Source: a virus
Taxonomy: Duplodnaviria > Caudoviricetes
IMG/VR virus record: IMGVR_UViG_3300024255_000023
Location: 523 to 64,522 of that record
Direction: 5' to 3' (one strand)
DNA: 64,000 nucleotides
Positions 1-11,100 of the stretch are shown piece by piece. Position 1 is the stretch's first letter. The number at the start of each line of letters is the position of its first letter. The notes under the pieces are model-generated. The model was not told the DNA's origin and searched no databases. It saw nothing but the letters and a program-made list of their open reading frames with translations. Both the position numbers and the translations under genes were made by a program.

Positions 1-2
1 AA

Positions 3-263
3 CTACCAGCAGCATTAGCGGCAGGCGAAATGAGTGTTTCATTCAAAATGGACGATGCAGAAACATACACAGTAAGTAAAATTTCTGGACGTAAAGCTAC
101 ATTGTCAGCACCAAGTGCAACAGGTAGTAATGCTTATGATGGCAAAAGTGTTCCATGGAACTTTAGTACAAGTACTACAGATGGTGCAGCACAAGTTGAA
201 GAAGCTGGCGACGACAACACATTAGTTGGAACCGATGACGACGACTTCACAGAAGACGCATAA
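3..263 (+). CDS. 5'-truncated hypothetical (probable virion) protein
   Basis: The frame is open from position 3 (LPAALAAGEMSVSFKM...), so the ATG at 30 is internal; acidic C-terminus. Confidence 0.7.
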   Translation, partial: LPAALAAGEMSVSFKMDDAETYTVSKISGRKATLSAPSATGSNAYDGKSVPWNFSTSTTDGAAQVEEAGDDNTLVGTDDDDFTEDA

Positions 264-274
264 GGACTAACTTA

Positions 275-640
275 ATGGAACGTCCTATAAACATCTTTTA
301 TGATTTATTACAGTCATTAAAGGACTTAGTAGTTTCAGTTAAAATAGGAAACGCTAAGGCAACTCTTTACGGAGTTGTCTTGGCGCAACTATCTGGAAAA
401 ACTTTTAAAGTCAAAGATGATCATGGCAATGAAGGTGTTTGTACACTTGTTAATAAACAAGTAAATGAGTTAAACAACAATGAAATGTCTATTATGGGAT
501 ATGTTTTAAAAAGTACAACATTTATTTTTATCTCTCAAATAGCACAAGGATTGATAACAGATTTTAAAAACAACGTATATACATACGAAGTTGATAATGA
601 TTCAACATCTAGTATCTTATTGTTAACGGAGGCAACATAA
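275..640 (+). CDS. hypothetical protein, distant paralog of the upstream gene
   Basis: AAGGA SD upstream; ELNNNEMSI...FISQI resembles ALAAGEMSV...TVSKI in the upstream ORF. Confidence 0.7.
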   Translation: MERPINIFYDLLQSLKDLVVSVKIGNAKATLYGVVLAQLSGKTFKVKDDHGNEGVCTLVNKQVNELNNNEMSIMGYVLKSTTFIFISQIAQGLITDFKNNVYTYEVDNDSTSSILLLTEAT

Positions 641-643
641 CAC

Positions 644-1936
644 ATGTCTAAGATAATTAGGACAACAGACACAGATTATCGAATAATAACAGGACTAAAC
701 GGTGTTATTACCCTTGATACAACTAATGGAACTGGAGACGGATCAGGTAAAGTAGTTGTGAAAGGTGATTTAGAAATTGCTGGCGGAACAACTACAATTG
801 AATCTACGATTACTACTATTAACGATAATATAATAGTGCTCAGTGCTAATAATGATCAAGAAGGCTTACCTGCTTCTCTTGATAGACCACGTAGTAGTGG
901 AATAGAAATTGAACGTGGATCACTTGCAAATTCTCGTTGGGTGTACGATGATGGTATATCATGGGACTTAGGCGGCAACACTGGCATAGGCGTTTGGTTA
1001 GGTGCAGTTGGTACTATTGGTGCAGAAAGTTTATTACCTCTTAAAACAACTGGAATTATATCAGATGCTAATTTATATATTGATACTAACGATGGTGTAA
1101 TAAGTGTTTCAGGTACTAATAATTATGAATTAAAAATATGGAATTATGAGAATGGAGTTATTACTCCAGATGCTTTAACAAATTCTATTACACAAGATGA
1201 TGATCATATTCCAAATGCAAAGGCTGTAAGAGAACTAGTAGATTACAGTCTAGAAACAATTAAGATTGACAAAATTGCTGAAGACAATTCTTCAGTAGAA
1301 GTTGTTGACAAAAATAATATTATTACATCAATACTTGAAGTAGGTACACGCACTATAGTATCAACACAAAATACACACGGTTATGCTGTTAATGACACTA
1401 TTATAATATCAGGTGTTACTTCAAGTCCTAATGATGCAATTATACAAGGATTAAACGCCCCGTCGGGATTTATAGTACATAGTATTCCGTCATCTACATC
1501 TATTGAAATAAATTATAATTCAACAGGTGGAAATAAATCAAATTATCAAATAAACAGTGGTAGAGCTGTTTCAGCTGAAACAGTTATTTCAGTTACAAAT
1601 GAAGGCAATACTGTTGCATCATTTTATAATAACCGTATTAATCTTTCAGATATTGAGATTAGAGGAACAAATATTTTTACAACAGAAAGTAATAGTGATT
1701 TAATATTAGAATCACAAGGTTCAGGTTCTGTAAAAATTAAAGATGTTTTAGAAATAACAAAAACACCAGGCGGCGACGATGTATTAATTAATCCAAACGC
1801 ACCAATTAACGGTATTAAAATTTATGCAAAAAGTCAAGGCACAGGAAAAAGCGGAATTTATTTCATCAATGACGCTAACTACCAAGACGAATTAATAAGT
1901 AAAAATAGAGCATTATTATATAGTATGCTTTTTTAA
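644..1936 (+). CDS. virion structural / fibre-like protein
   Basis: GGAGG SD; VKGDLEIAGGTTTI...INDNIIVL...SGIEIERG fibre motif; SNSDLILESQGSG repeat; hydrophobic C-terminus RALLYSMLF. Confidence 0.75.
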   Translation: MSKIIRTTDTDYRIITGLNGVITLDTTNGTGDGSGKVVVKGDLEIAGGTTTIESTITTINDNIIVLSANNDQEGLPASLDRPRSSGIEIERGSLANSRWVYDDGISWDLGGNTGIGVWLGAVGTIGAESLLPLKTTGIISDANLYIDTNDGVISVSGTNNYELKIWNYENGVITPDALTNSITQDDDHIPNAKAVRELVDYSLETIKIDKIAEDNSSVEVVDKNNIITSILEVGTRTIVSTQNTHGYAVNDTIIISGVTSSPNDAIIQGLNAPSGFIVHSIPSSTSIEINYNSTGGNKSNYQINSGRAVSAETVISVTNEGNTVASFYNNRINLSDIEIRGTNIFTTESNSDLILESQGSGSVKIKDVLEITKTPGGDDVLINPNAPINGIKIYAKSQGTGKSGIYFINDANYQDELISKNRALLYSMLF

Positions 1937-1946
1937 GGAAAATAAC

Positions 1947-2288
1947 ATGGCAATTGAAAACTTACAATTAGACGGTACACAACAAGATTTACTCGTTGCA
2001 CCTACTGGAAAAACATACGCTATAACAAGCATAATGGTTTGTAATACTTATAGTCCAAGTGGAGCATCACCAGCTTCAAACAATGCACAATTTGATATGC
2101 ATTTTAGAAAAAATAATCAAGCACTAGATGTTGCTACTACAATAGTAATAAGAGAACTTGACTTACCAGCAGGAGAAACTTTTACATTTGATAGTGAAAA
2201 AGTTATTTTAAGTGCAGGAGAAAAGTTAACATTTGTAGGAGATGCAAATAGCAATCTAGCAGCAATGGTAAGTTATTTGGAAGTATAA
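1947..2288 (+). CDS. small beta-rich virion protein (paralog of 12923 and 33742)
   Basis: AAGGA SD; PTGKTYAITSIMVCN...LPAGETF...KVILSAGEKL pattern. Confidence 0.75.
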   Translation: MAIENLQLDGTQQDLLVAPTGKTYAITSIMVCNTYSPSGASPASNNAQFDMHFRKNNQALDVATTIVIRELDLPAGETFTFDSEKVILSAGEKLTFVGDANSNLAAMVSYLEV

Positions 2289-2974
2289 TGAGATTATTAA
2301 AGGCACAAAACACAAACTTACGTAATATTTACGGTAAAGGTGTAAAGTATGATGTAAACGGTCAAGTTATTATGGACTCGACTAATGTAATGCTTGTGCC
2401 TAAAGGTACAACAGCAGAACGTCCGACAGTGAATACTTCCGGACATTTAAGATACAATACTACACTTAATGAACTAGAAGTTTATTCCGAAAGTCAGTGG
2501 CGTAGTGTAAGATACAAAGAGCCAAATAACGATCCAGGAATTGTTAAACAATCACTAGGCAACGGCGATGCTACTATTGAGTTGTTTGGTCCTTTAGATA
2601 GCCAAGATCCTAATAGTACATATAAAGCACCTGCTACAGCAGACAACATATTAGTATTTGTTGAAAATGTTTATCAATTATCAACAACTAACTTTACAAT
2701 GGTACAAAATCCAAGTTCAACAGGAACAGGCCAAGAAGTTGCTTCAGGAAGTTTTAATATAGGATCAGAATATATTATTACTGCTACAGGATCAACAGAC
2801 TTTGCATCTGAACATAGTGCAGCTAATAATACTCCAGGAACAACGTTTACTGCTGCATCTGCAGGAACTGTTGATGCTACAGGCCTAGCAAGACTTACAG
2901 GATACTATTTAGATTTTACTAGTGCTCCAGATATTGCTAAACCAATTACAGTACTACATAACTTCGATAAGTAA
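2288..2974 (+). CDS. virion structural protein
   Basis: TAATG coupling; VPKGTTAERP...GHLRYNT motif shared with the large fibre proteins; ILVFVENVYQ and FTSAP motifs. Confidence 0.75.
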   Translation: MRLLKAQNTNLRNIYGKGVKYDVNGQVIMDSTNVMLVPKGTTAERPTVNTSGHLRYNTTLNELEVYSESQWRSVRYKEPNNDPGIVKQSLGNGDATIELFGPLDSQDPNSTYKAPATADNILVFVENVYQLSTTNFTMVQNPSSTGTGQEVASGSFNIGSEYIITATGSTDFASEHSAANNTPGTTFTAASAGTVDATGLARLTGYYLDFTSAPDIAKPITVLHNFDK

Positions 2975-2978
2975 ATTC

Positions 2979-2986
2979 AATAAATA
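2979..2986 (+). promoter_or_regulatory. T4-type late promoter AATAAATA
   Basis: Intergenic match to (T/N)ATAAATA upstream of a virion gene. Confidence 0.75.
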
Positions 2987-3006
2987 CTGTATGAGGAGTA
3001 CAGTAT
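2984..3006 (+). promoter_or_regulatory. hairpin enclosing the SD and overlapping the start codon
   Basis: ATACTGTA (2984-2991) / TACAGTAT (2999-3006) perfect 8-bp stem; loop TGAGGAG; ATG at 3005. Confidence 0.65.
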
Positions 3007-6000
3007 GAGCCAAGTCGGTAGAATATCAGGACCATTATTAACAGCAAATCTTGAACGTCAAGGAAAAGATTTAGCATTTCGTAACGATCTCAGCACAACA
3101 CAACTTTTATATTTAAATGTAAACACAGGTAAAATTGGTGTTAATACTTCTACTCCGGGTTTTGATTTTGATGTTACAGGTACTACTAGTACTACTGATT
3201 TAATAACAGACTCTTTATCATCTCCATTAAATAATCTTAATATTCAAAACAACACTATTTCAGCATCAGGAAACATTACATTAGATGCGGCTGAAGCAAT
3301 TCGTTTTGGAACTCTTGATAACGGTAGTATACGTATTAATGATAATACTATTAGAACGTTAGATACACATGCTAATATTGATTTAATACCCCGAGGAACT
3401 GCTACTACTGAAATATTTAATAATTTAAATATTTACGGAAATTTAGAAACTCCTGGAAATATTACATTTGGCGGAACACTTACACTTGGTAACGAAGATA
3501 CTGATGATGTTAATTTTAATGCTGATGTAAATTCAAGTATTATACCAGATCAAAGTAATACATATGATCTAGGAACAGATACTAAGCGTTGGCGCACACT
3601 TTATTCAAGACTTATAAATGGACAAGTACTATCAGCTGATCAAGCTATAATTGGCGGAATTAATGTTGCACTACGACCCGGTGGAATACTGTATGTATCA
3701 AAAGGTGGCAACGATACACAAGCTGGCGATTCACCTCAAGGATCACTAGCTACAATAAAAGAAGCACTATCAAGGACAGAAGCAAGCGGAGATCAGCCTT
3801 TAACAATTTTAGTATTGCCTGGAGTTTACGAAGAAATTGCTCCGTTAGTAGTACCAGAATTTGTATCTGTAATTGGTACAGACATTAGAAATACCGTTGT
3901 TACACCAACTAGTGGCACAAGTGATAAAGATATATTTCACCTTAGTGATAAAACAGTAGTTAGTAATTTAACAATCAAAGACTTTACTTACAATAGTACA
4001 GACAACACAGGCTATGCCTTCCGTTTTGCGCCCAATGGTGTAATGAGTGAACGTAGTCCTTATATTCAAGATGTAACTGTACTAACTAATCCTACTACTC
4101 CGGGAGGCAGTGATGCAGGTAGAGGTGCTTGGATTGATGGGGATGAATTAGATTCTGCAAGCCCAAGGGCAACAATGTTGTTCCATAGTTGTACATTTAT
4201 ATCGCCAGGCGCTGATGTAATCAATATGACCAACGGTGTTAGAGTTGAATGGCTTAATAGTTTTACATATTTTGCTAACAGAGGCTTGTATGCGTTTAAT
4301 GGAACAGAAGGTCGTACTAGTATAGACGGCAGTACAACAATTTATGGTGCAGAGCTACGCTCAATAGGGTCAGCAAACGTATACGGCACGTATGGCGCTG
4401 TAGCAGACGGCGCAGACTGTCTAATGTACCTAATACAACATAACTTTGCTTATATAGGTGCAGGCACAGACAGTACAAATGACTTAGATTTAGTTGTACA
4501 AGCAAACGAAGTTGTTGAAACAAATTCAGGAAAAATACATCATGTTAGTACAGACCAAGTTGGTAACTTTAGAGTCGGTGATAATTTCTTTGTAAATTTA
4601 GAAACAGGTGATACTAGTTTAACTATTGATACTGCTGACATTGATACACTGTCAGGATTAGTTATTAATAGTCCAGGCGGTACAACTACAATTGACAGTT
4701 CATATATCACAACAGGTAATATAAGAATATCAGGCAATGACATTGTGTCCGTTGTAGGAGACTTAGATATTGATTCGCCTGCAGAGATTGATTTTAAAGA
4801 TAATACTAATATCACTGGTAACCTAGATATTAGAGATAACTTTACATTTGGCGGAAGTTTAAATATTGCAGGCGACCAACCTGGAAGAGATACAGCTGCC
4901 GATAGGTTAGTTTTTAATGTTGAATTTGAACAAGATTTTAAACCACACAGAGATCAAGTACACTCATTAGGCGAAGTACAACGCCCTTGGCTAGAAACTA
5001 ACTTAGATAAACTATCTGTTGGTGAAATTGAAATAGATGGCAATGTTATTACTACAACTGAATCTAGTGCAGACTTAGAACTACGTGCAAGCGGAACAGG
5101 TAATGTTGTATTTGATACCAGTCTAGAAATAACGAATGACTTTGAAACATCTTCAATTACTAGTTTGCAAGACGTTGGAATTACAGGAACACTAACTCAC
5201 GTAGGTGCATATAATCAAACAGGTAATAGAAATATTACAGGTGACTTAAATGTTACAGGGTGGCTAGACGTAACACAAACTGTTAATCTTGGCAATGTAC
5301 AATTTGATGATAATTTTATTACGTCAACTGGCGCCAATACAAACTTAGAATTACGTGCTAACAGCACTGGTAAAATACTTGTACCTTATGAAAACGTAAA
5401 AGTTATTAACAACTTGTCAGCAAGCAATATAACTGTAGATAATCTTAATGTTGCACAAAATACACAAATGTTTACAGCTGATGTTAGTGAAATTACTATA
5501 CAACAAAATTTCATTGAAACTAATACTACACATGCAAATTTAGAACTACGTGCATCTGGTACTGGTATAATCAATATACAAGATTCGTTAATTGTAACTC
5601 AAAACTTAGATGCTAACTCTGTATTATTACAAAACAGTTCAACTAATTATGAATATGGGCCTGAACTTGTTGTTAATGGCACTTACGATTCTAACCTAAC
5701 AGGTTGGCAACAAACAGGCGGCGGCTTTGCTACAGCATCAAATGGAAATTTAAGAATTGATGCAATTGGTGCGGCACGAAACGTATCACAAGAAATTACA
5801 GTTGAACCGGGAAAGACATATGATTTTGAAGCACAATTTAGATTCGCTGATAACCCTGGTGAGTTTTTCTATCTAAGAATATTTGAGTCTGGAGTAGGAA
5901 CACTACAGGAATGGAGTAATACTACAGGACTTACTGCTGATGAAGTATTAACATACAGTTTTGTACCACAAAGTACAGCAATTGATATTATTTTCCGTTC

Positions 6001-8011
6001 AGTCAATAACATTGTTGAATGGGACAATGTTAGTATGTTTGAAGACATTGGTTTTGTTACAACTTTTACTCCAGTTCAAGTTAATTTTAATTCATCAGTT
6101 GATATTACAGGTACTACTACACAAGTCGGAGATTATAATTTAACAGGTAATGCTGTTGCTAAAGAATTAACAATTTCAAATGATTTAATAGGAAGTCATA
6201 TTACTATTGATGACAACCAAATAAAAAATATAAGAGAAGGGTTAAGGTCAAGCGGAGAATTTACTGATTCACTAAGTATTCCGCCAATAATACAAGCTAT
6301 TATTGGTGGTGCAACAGCTGCTAATTATCCAAATCAAGTAGATAAAAATCTTGTTAATTTCTTAATTAATAATGACTTAGTTGATGTAAACAGAAGTGGT
6401 TCGACTACGACTACTGATTATATTGCATACTTACAATATTTTGCCAACGGCACAACTAATAACGCAGTATGGGACACATTTATTAAAAATGCAGTCGACG
6501 ATATTGTTAAACAAGAATTTAACAATCAAGGATATTTTAATTCAATACTATTTGCTGGCGATTATCTTGATCCAAATTTAGTGTTAAAAGCAAATCAAAC
6601 AGGAAATGTAACTACTTCAAACAATGTTAATGTTACAAATAACTTATTTGCTGCTGAGATAACATCAGGTAACATTAACGTAAGTCAAGACTTAGACTTA
6701 AATGAAATTGTAATTACAGATAGCATTATTGAAATTGATGATAACTTTATATCAACTACAGTATCTCATGCAGATTTAGAATTACGAGCTTATCCTGGCA
6801 GAAAAGTAAAAATAAAAGAAAATGCGTTACTTGGACAAAATTTACAATTAAACGGAATAACTAATTTAAAAAATACTGTTGTTGACGGTTCGATTACACA
6901 AACTGGTAATAGAAATCAGCTCGGTAATTTAAATATTATTGGTAACATTACAGCAACAACATCAAATATTGAAAGCGAAATACAATTTGATGATATTTTA
7001 ATTAACGATAATGTTATTGAATCAACTGAATCTCAAGCTGATTTAGAGCTATCAGCAAACGGTGCTGGCTCTATAGTAATACCAGAAAATAATGTACAAA
7101 TCAACAATAACTTATCTCTTGGATCATTAACTACTAATAACATTAATATTAATTCACAACTAGTATTAGACCAAGCTACTTTAAGTTCTGATATTAAAAT
7201 ATTTGATAATGTTATTACAACTACTGTTACTAGTTCTGATCTTGAACTTAGAAAAATAAATCCTGCTAAGAATACACTTGTTGAAGAGTTTGTTATTAAT
7301 AATAATACAATGTTAACTGATAGTACTGAGATTACGTTAGCAACAACTAATTTTAATGTTAATTCGTCAAAAGCATTATTGATACCTAAAGGAACAACAT
7401 TAGAAAATCAAAACTCTAACAATAGTTTACGATTTAATACAGATTTAAATGTTTTTGAAGGATCTAAAAATAGTAATAACATTTATTTTAACGGAGTGTT
7501 TTCAAGTAATAGAGCAACATCTATTTCAGCAAATCCAACAAATAATGTTATAGATATAATAACTCCTGGAACAATATCAGGAGAAGTAAATTCTTCAGAA
7601 TTACAAATTAACGGCTTACAAGTTGATGATATTTCTATTAATAATAGTTCCATACAAACTACAATAAGCCAGTCAGATCTTGATCTTAAAGCAACTGGTA
7701 AATTAGAAATTGACGATATTACTTTTACAGCAAACAAGATTCAAAATAATGCTGGAGCAGCCTTAGTTATTAGAAACACATTGTATGGAACAACAAAATT
7801 CATTGGACCTGCACTAAAAATTCCTGCAGGTACTACAGCTGAACAGCCTAGCTTTACACCAGATGAAGGTATGACTAGATGGAACACTGAGAATAGTGTA
7901 CTTGAAGTGTGGGATGGATCTACATTCATAACAGCTGCAGGCACAAGTGCTTCCATTAGCCAAGCTGATATGGATGATCTCATATTAGAATACACTCTAA
8001 TCTTTGGGTAA
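3005..8011 (+). CDS. giant virion/tail-fibre protein (1668 aa) with beta-helix-like core, CBM-like and dockerin-like inserts
   Basis: GRISGPLL N-terminus shared with 8155; YVSKGGND, PGVYEE, SPYIQDVT and STDQVGNFRVGD motifs; many xDLELRAxGTG repeats. Confidence 0.8.
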   Translation: MSQVGRISGPLLTANLERQGKDLAFRNDLSTTQLLYLNVNTGKIGVNTSTPGFDFDVTGTTSTTDLITDSLSSPLNNLNIQNNTISASGNITLDAAEAIRFGTLDNGSIRINDNTIRTLDTHANIDLIPRGTATTEIFNNLNIYGNLETPGNITFGGTLTLGNEDTDDVNFNADVNSSIIPDQSNTYDLGTDTKRWRTLYSRLINGQVLSADQAIIGGINVALRPGGILYVSKGGNDTQAGDSPQGSLATIKEALSRTEASGDQPLTILVLPGVYEEIAPLVVPEFVSVIGTDIRNTVVTPTSGTSDKDIFHLSDKTVVSNLTIKDFTYNSTDNTGYAFRFAPNGVMSERSPYIQDVTVLTNPTTPGGSDAGRGAWIDGDELDSASPRATMLFHSCTFISPGADVINMTNGVRVEWLNSFTYFANRGLYAFNGTEGRTSIDGSTTIYGAELRSIGSANVYGTYGAVADGADCLMYLIQHNFAYIGAGTDSTNDLDLVVQANEVVETNSGKIHHVSTDQVGNFRVGDNFFVNLETGDTSLTIDTADIDTLSGLVINSPGGTTTIDSSYITTGNIRISGNDIVSVVGDLDIDSPAEIDFKDNTNITGNLDIRDNFTFGGSLNIAGDQPGRDTAADRLVFNVEFEQDFKPHRDQVHSLGEVQRPWLETNLDKLSVGEIEIDGNVITTTESSADLELRASGTGNVVFDTSLEITNDFETSSITSLQDVGITGTLTHVGAYNQTGNRNITGDLNVTGWLDVTQTVNLGNVQFDDNFITSTGANTNLELRANSTGKILVPYENVKVINNLSASNITVDNLNVAQNTQMFTADVSEITIQQNFIETNTTHANLELRASGTGIINIQDSLIVTQNLDANSVLLQNSSTNYEYGPELVVNGTYDSNLTGWQQTGGGFATASNGNLRIDAIGAARNVSQEITVEPGKTYDFEAQFRFADNPGEFFYLRIFESGVGTLQEWSNTTGLTADEVLTYSFVPQSTAIDIIFRSVNNIVEWDNVSMFEDIGFVTTFTPVQVNFNSSVDITGTTTQVGDYNLTGNAVAKELTISNDLIGSHITIDDNQIKNIREGLRSSGEFTDSLSIPPIIQAIIGGATAANYPNQVDKNLVNFLINNDLVDVNRSGSTTTTDYIAYLQYFANGTTNNAVWDTFIKNAVDDIVKQEFNNQGYFNSILFAGDYLDPNLVLKANQTGNVTTSNNVNVTNNLFAAEITSGNINVSQDLDLNEIVITDSIIEIDDNFISTTVSHADLELRAYPGRKVKIKENALLGQNLQLNGITNLKNTVVDGSITQTGNRNQLGNLNIIGNITATTSNIESEIQFDDILINDNVIESTESQADLELSANGAGSIVIPENNVQINNNLSLGSLTTNNININSQLVLDQATLSSDIKIFDNVITTTVTSSDLELRKINPAKNTLVEEFVINNNTMLTDSTEITLATTNFNVNSSKALLIPKGTTLENQNSNNSLRFNTDLNVFEGSKNSNNIYFNGVFSSNRATSISANPTNNVIDIITPGTISGEVNSSELQINGLQVDDISINNSSIQTTISQSDLDLKATGKLEIDDITFTANKIQNNAGAALVIRNTLYGTTKFIGPALKIPAGTTAEQPSFTPDEGMTRWNTENSVLEVWDGSTFITAAGTSASISQADMDDLILEYTLIFG

Positions 8012-8033
8012 GTAACCCCTTTTTTCTATAAAC

Positions 8034-8041
8034 GATAAATA
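8034..8041 (+). promoter_or_regulatory. late promoter GATAAATA
   Basis: Intergenic match to the late promoter consensus. Confidence 0.75.
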
Positions 8042-8048
8042 CTATTAA

Positions 8049-8140
8049 TGCAAAGTATGACCAATACTTGCAGGGTCAAACTGTGGTTAGCCAGCAAAGA
8101 GCGCAAGCTGAAAACTTAGGCTAGAGGGACAGGATCCCCG
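8049..8140 (+). ncRNA. candidate structured cis-regulatory leader RNA
   Basis: GC-rich intergenic stretch with nested stems CTGT/ACAG, TAGCC/GGCTA, AGC-GCAA-GCT and a 5' hairpin, ending just before the AAGGAG SD. Confidence 0.45.
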
Positions 8141-8154
8141 TACAAGGAGAAAAG

Positions 8155-11100
8155 ATGGCTGTTGGTCGCATATCCGGTCCGCTCTTGAAGTCGAATCTTA
8201 TCCGTAATGGGATAGATTTAGCATTTGAGACCGACCTATTATACCTAGATGTAAATAATCAGCGTATCGGCGTCAAGAATTCAGCTCCTGCGTACGAGGT
8301 AGATGTTACTGGAACTACACAAACTACAGACTTAATTGTTACTAATCAATCAACACTTGGTGATATACAAGTTGTTGGTAACACAATTAGTACAACACAA
8401 CCATACCTAAACATTGCTACATTTGATACTGTTGTATCACTAAACAGATTAAAAGTTGATAGTATTAATATTGAAGGCAATGCTATCTCAACAAATAACG
8501 ATGACTCGTCAGCAGATGTAAACTTAGAGCTAAGACCAAATGGCACAGGCTCAGTTGATGTACATTCGGATATGAATGTAACTGGTGACATTTATGCAAG
8601 TGGAAATATTACAGCAGATGGTAATATTAATATTGGTGATGCAAACACTGATAATGTTATCTTTAATGCTGAAGTTGCAAGTGCTATAATACCAGACTTA
8701 AACAATACATACGACCTTGGTAGTAATCCAGATACTTCTGGAAAAGAATGGGCTAATGTTTACGTTAATAACCTTGAATCATCTGCAATTAATACTGTAG
8801 ATTTAACTGTACAAGGTATTGACTTAACGCAACGATATGGTAACATATACTATGTTGCTCAAAATGGTAATGATGCAAATACAGGTACACATTTATTAGA
8901 TCCAGTAGCAACTATAAAATATGCACTTAGTTTAGCAACCGCCGGCGATACTGTATTCATTTACCCAGGCGATTATACTGAAATATTTCCATTAACTATT
9001 CCGCAAGGAGTAACATTAAAAGGCGAAAGTATTAGAAGTGTAATTGTTCGTCCTACAACACAAACTCGCTATAATGATGCAGTCTTGCTTAATGGCGAAT
9101 CAACTGTAGAAGACCTGACACTTACTGGATTTCAAAGTGGTGGTAATTTTTATTCTAGAACATATACAGATTCAACAAATCCGTTCTTTATTGTTCAAGC
9201 TGGTACAGCACCATTTGCACACACATATGTAAGCGGAGGCACTGTAACAGCAGACGGTACAACATATAATGTAACAGCAGGCACAACATATAATGAAGCA
9301 ACAGGATTTTTAACAGTTTATCACGATGGACCAAACAATTGGCCATTGGCCAATCCGTTTATATCAGGTTTATCATTTAGTTGTAATGGCGATACTAGGA
9401 CATTCCCAGACAACGGTTATGCTTTCCGTTATGCAACAGATTATACAGCAACATCACGTTCGCCATATATTAGAAACATTACAGTAATTACAACTGGTAC
9501 AACAGTAAGTGCATTAGATCCAAGAGGATTTGACGCAGGCGATGCAGGTAAAGGTGCGTATATTGACGGTGCATACGGCACAGCAAGTTCAGTAAACACA
9601 GCACTACTATTCCATAGTGCAACATTTATTACACCAGGTGTTGATGCAATTACAATGACGAACGGTGCTAGAGTTGAATGGCTTAATAGTTTTACATACT
9701 TTGCTAATCGTTCAATGTTTGCATTTGACAGCAAAGGCGGTCAACGATATGCGGGCAAAACAAAGCTCACACTAGCGGGCATTACAGGAACCTTTACACA
9801 AGGCAATACATTAACTATCACTAGCAGTGACGCTTCTACAGTGCTTACAGGCACTATTAGTAGCGTAGATGGCAACGATGTTTATGTAAGTGGATATTTA
9901 GAATTAGACGGGTTTGATTTAACGCCACAAAGTATTACAGACGGCAGTGCAACAGCAACAACTATTTCTAGTTTTGATTTGCGTGAGTTTGGTGCAGAAG
10001 TTAGACTTATTGCATCAGCAAGTGTTTACGGTAATTTTGGATTAGTTGGAAACGGTCCAGGTGTTATTATGTATGCAATTGGACAAAACCTAGCATACAT
10101 TGGTAATGGTAAAGAAGTAACTAACGAAACTGAATCTGTAATACAAGCAAACGAAATTGTTGAAACAAACGGAGCAAAGATCCGTTACAACTCGGTTGAC
10201 CACAAAGGCGACTTTAGAGTTGGTGATTTATTTTATGTTAACCAGGAAACAGGTAATGTAACATTTGCTGTTAGTGAATTTGAAATTAATACAACTAATG
10301 GTGTTTCTTTTACAACTGGCGCAAATACTACGTTTGTTGACGGCAATAAAATTGAAACTGGCGACTGGCGTATTAGCGGAAATAAACTTGAAACACTAAC
10401 ACAAGATGCTGAGTTTGAAGCTGCTAATGGAATAATTAATTTAAAATCAGACGTAAATGTAGAAGGTAGCTTAGATGTAACAGGCAATGTTACAATCGGC
10501 GGCAACATTACAATCGGCGACGAAGCAAGCGATACAATACAAATTGTAGCAGGAATTGATTCCGACATTATTCCAAAAACAGCAAGTACATATACATTAG
10601 GTAGTGCATCTAAAACTTGGTCAGAACTTTTTACAGATAAAGTAAATGTTGATGATATTCAAATAACTGACAACTTTATTACAACTACAGTTACTAGTTC
10701 AAACTTAGAACTACGTGCTAACGGCACAGGCAAAGTTATTGTGCCAAGCAACGACTTTGAAATTTCACAAGGGTTTGTAGTTAGTGGTACAACTACTCTT
10801 GCTGGCACAAATATTACTGGAACAGTAACACACGCAGGCGCAAATAATCAAACTGGCGACACAAGTGTTACAGGTAATGTAACTGTAACTGAAAATTTAG
10901 ATGTTACAGGCGCAGCACAGTTTGAAGAAATTTTAGTTGATGACAATTATATTACAACTACAACAACCAGTGCAGATTTAGAACTACGTGCTAATGGTAC
11001 TGGTAAAATTCTTGTACCAAACAATGATGTAGAAATTACAAACAACTTAACTGTTGATGGAACTATATCCGCAACTAATACAACTGCAACATCAATTATA

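Noticed and set aside
8073-8140. Resemblance of the leader (CAAAC...GGGAC) to a c-di-GMP-I riboswitch
   Set aside because: The GAAA-capped P2 and the GCAAAGC / receptor arm are not arranged as in that class; kept only as an unknown structured RNA
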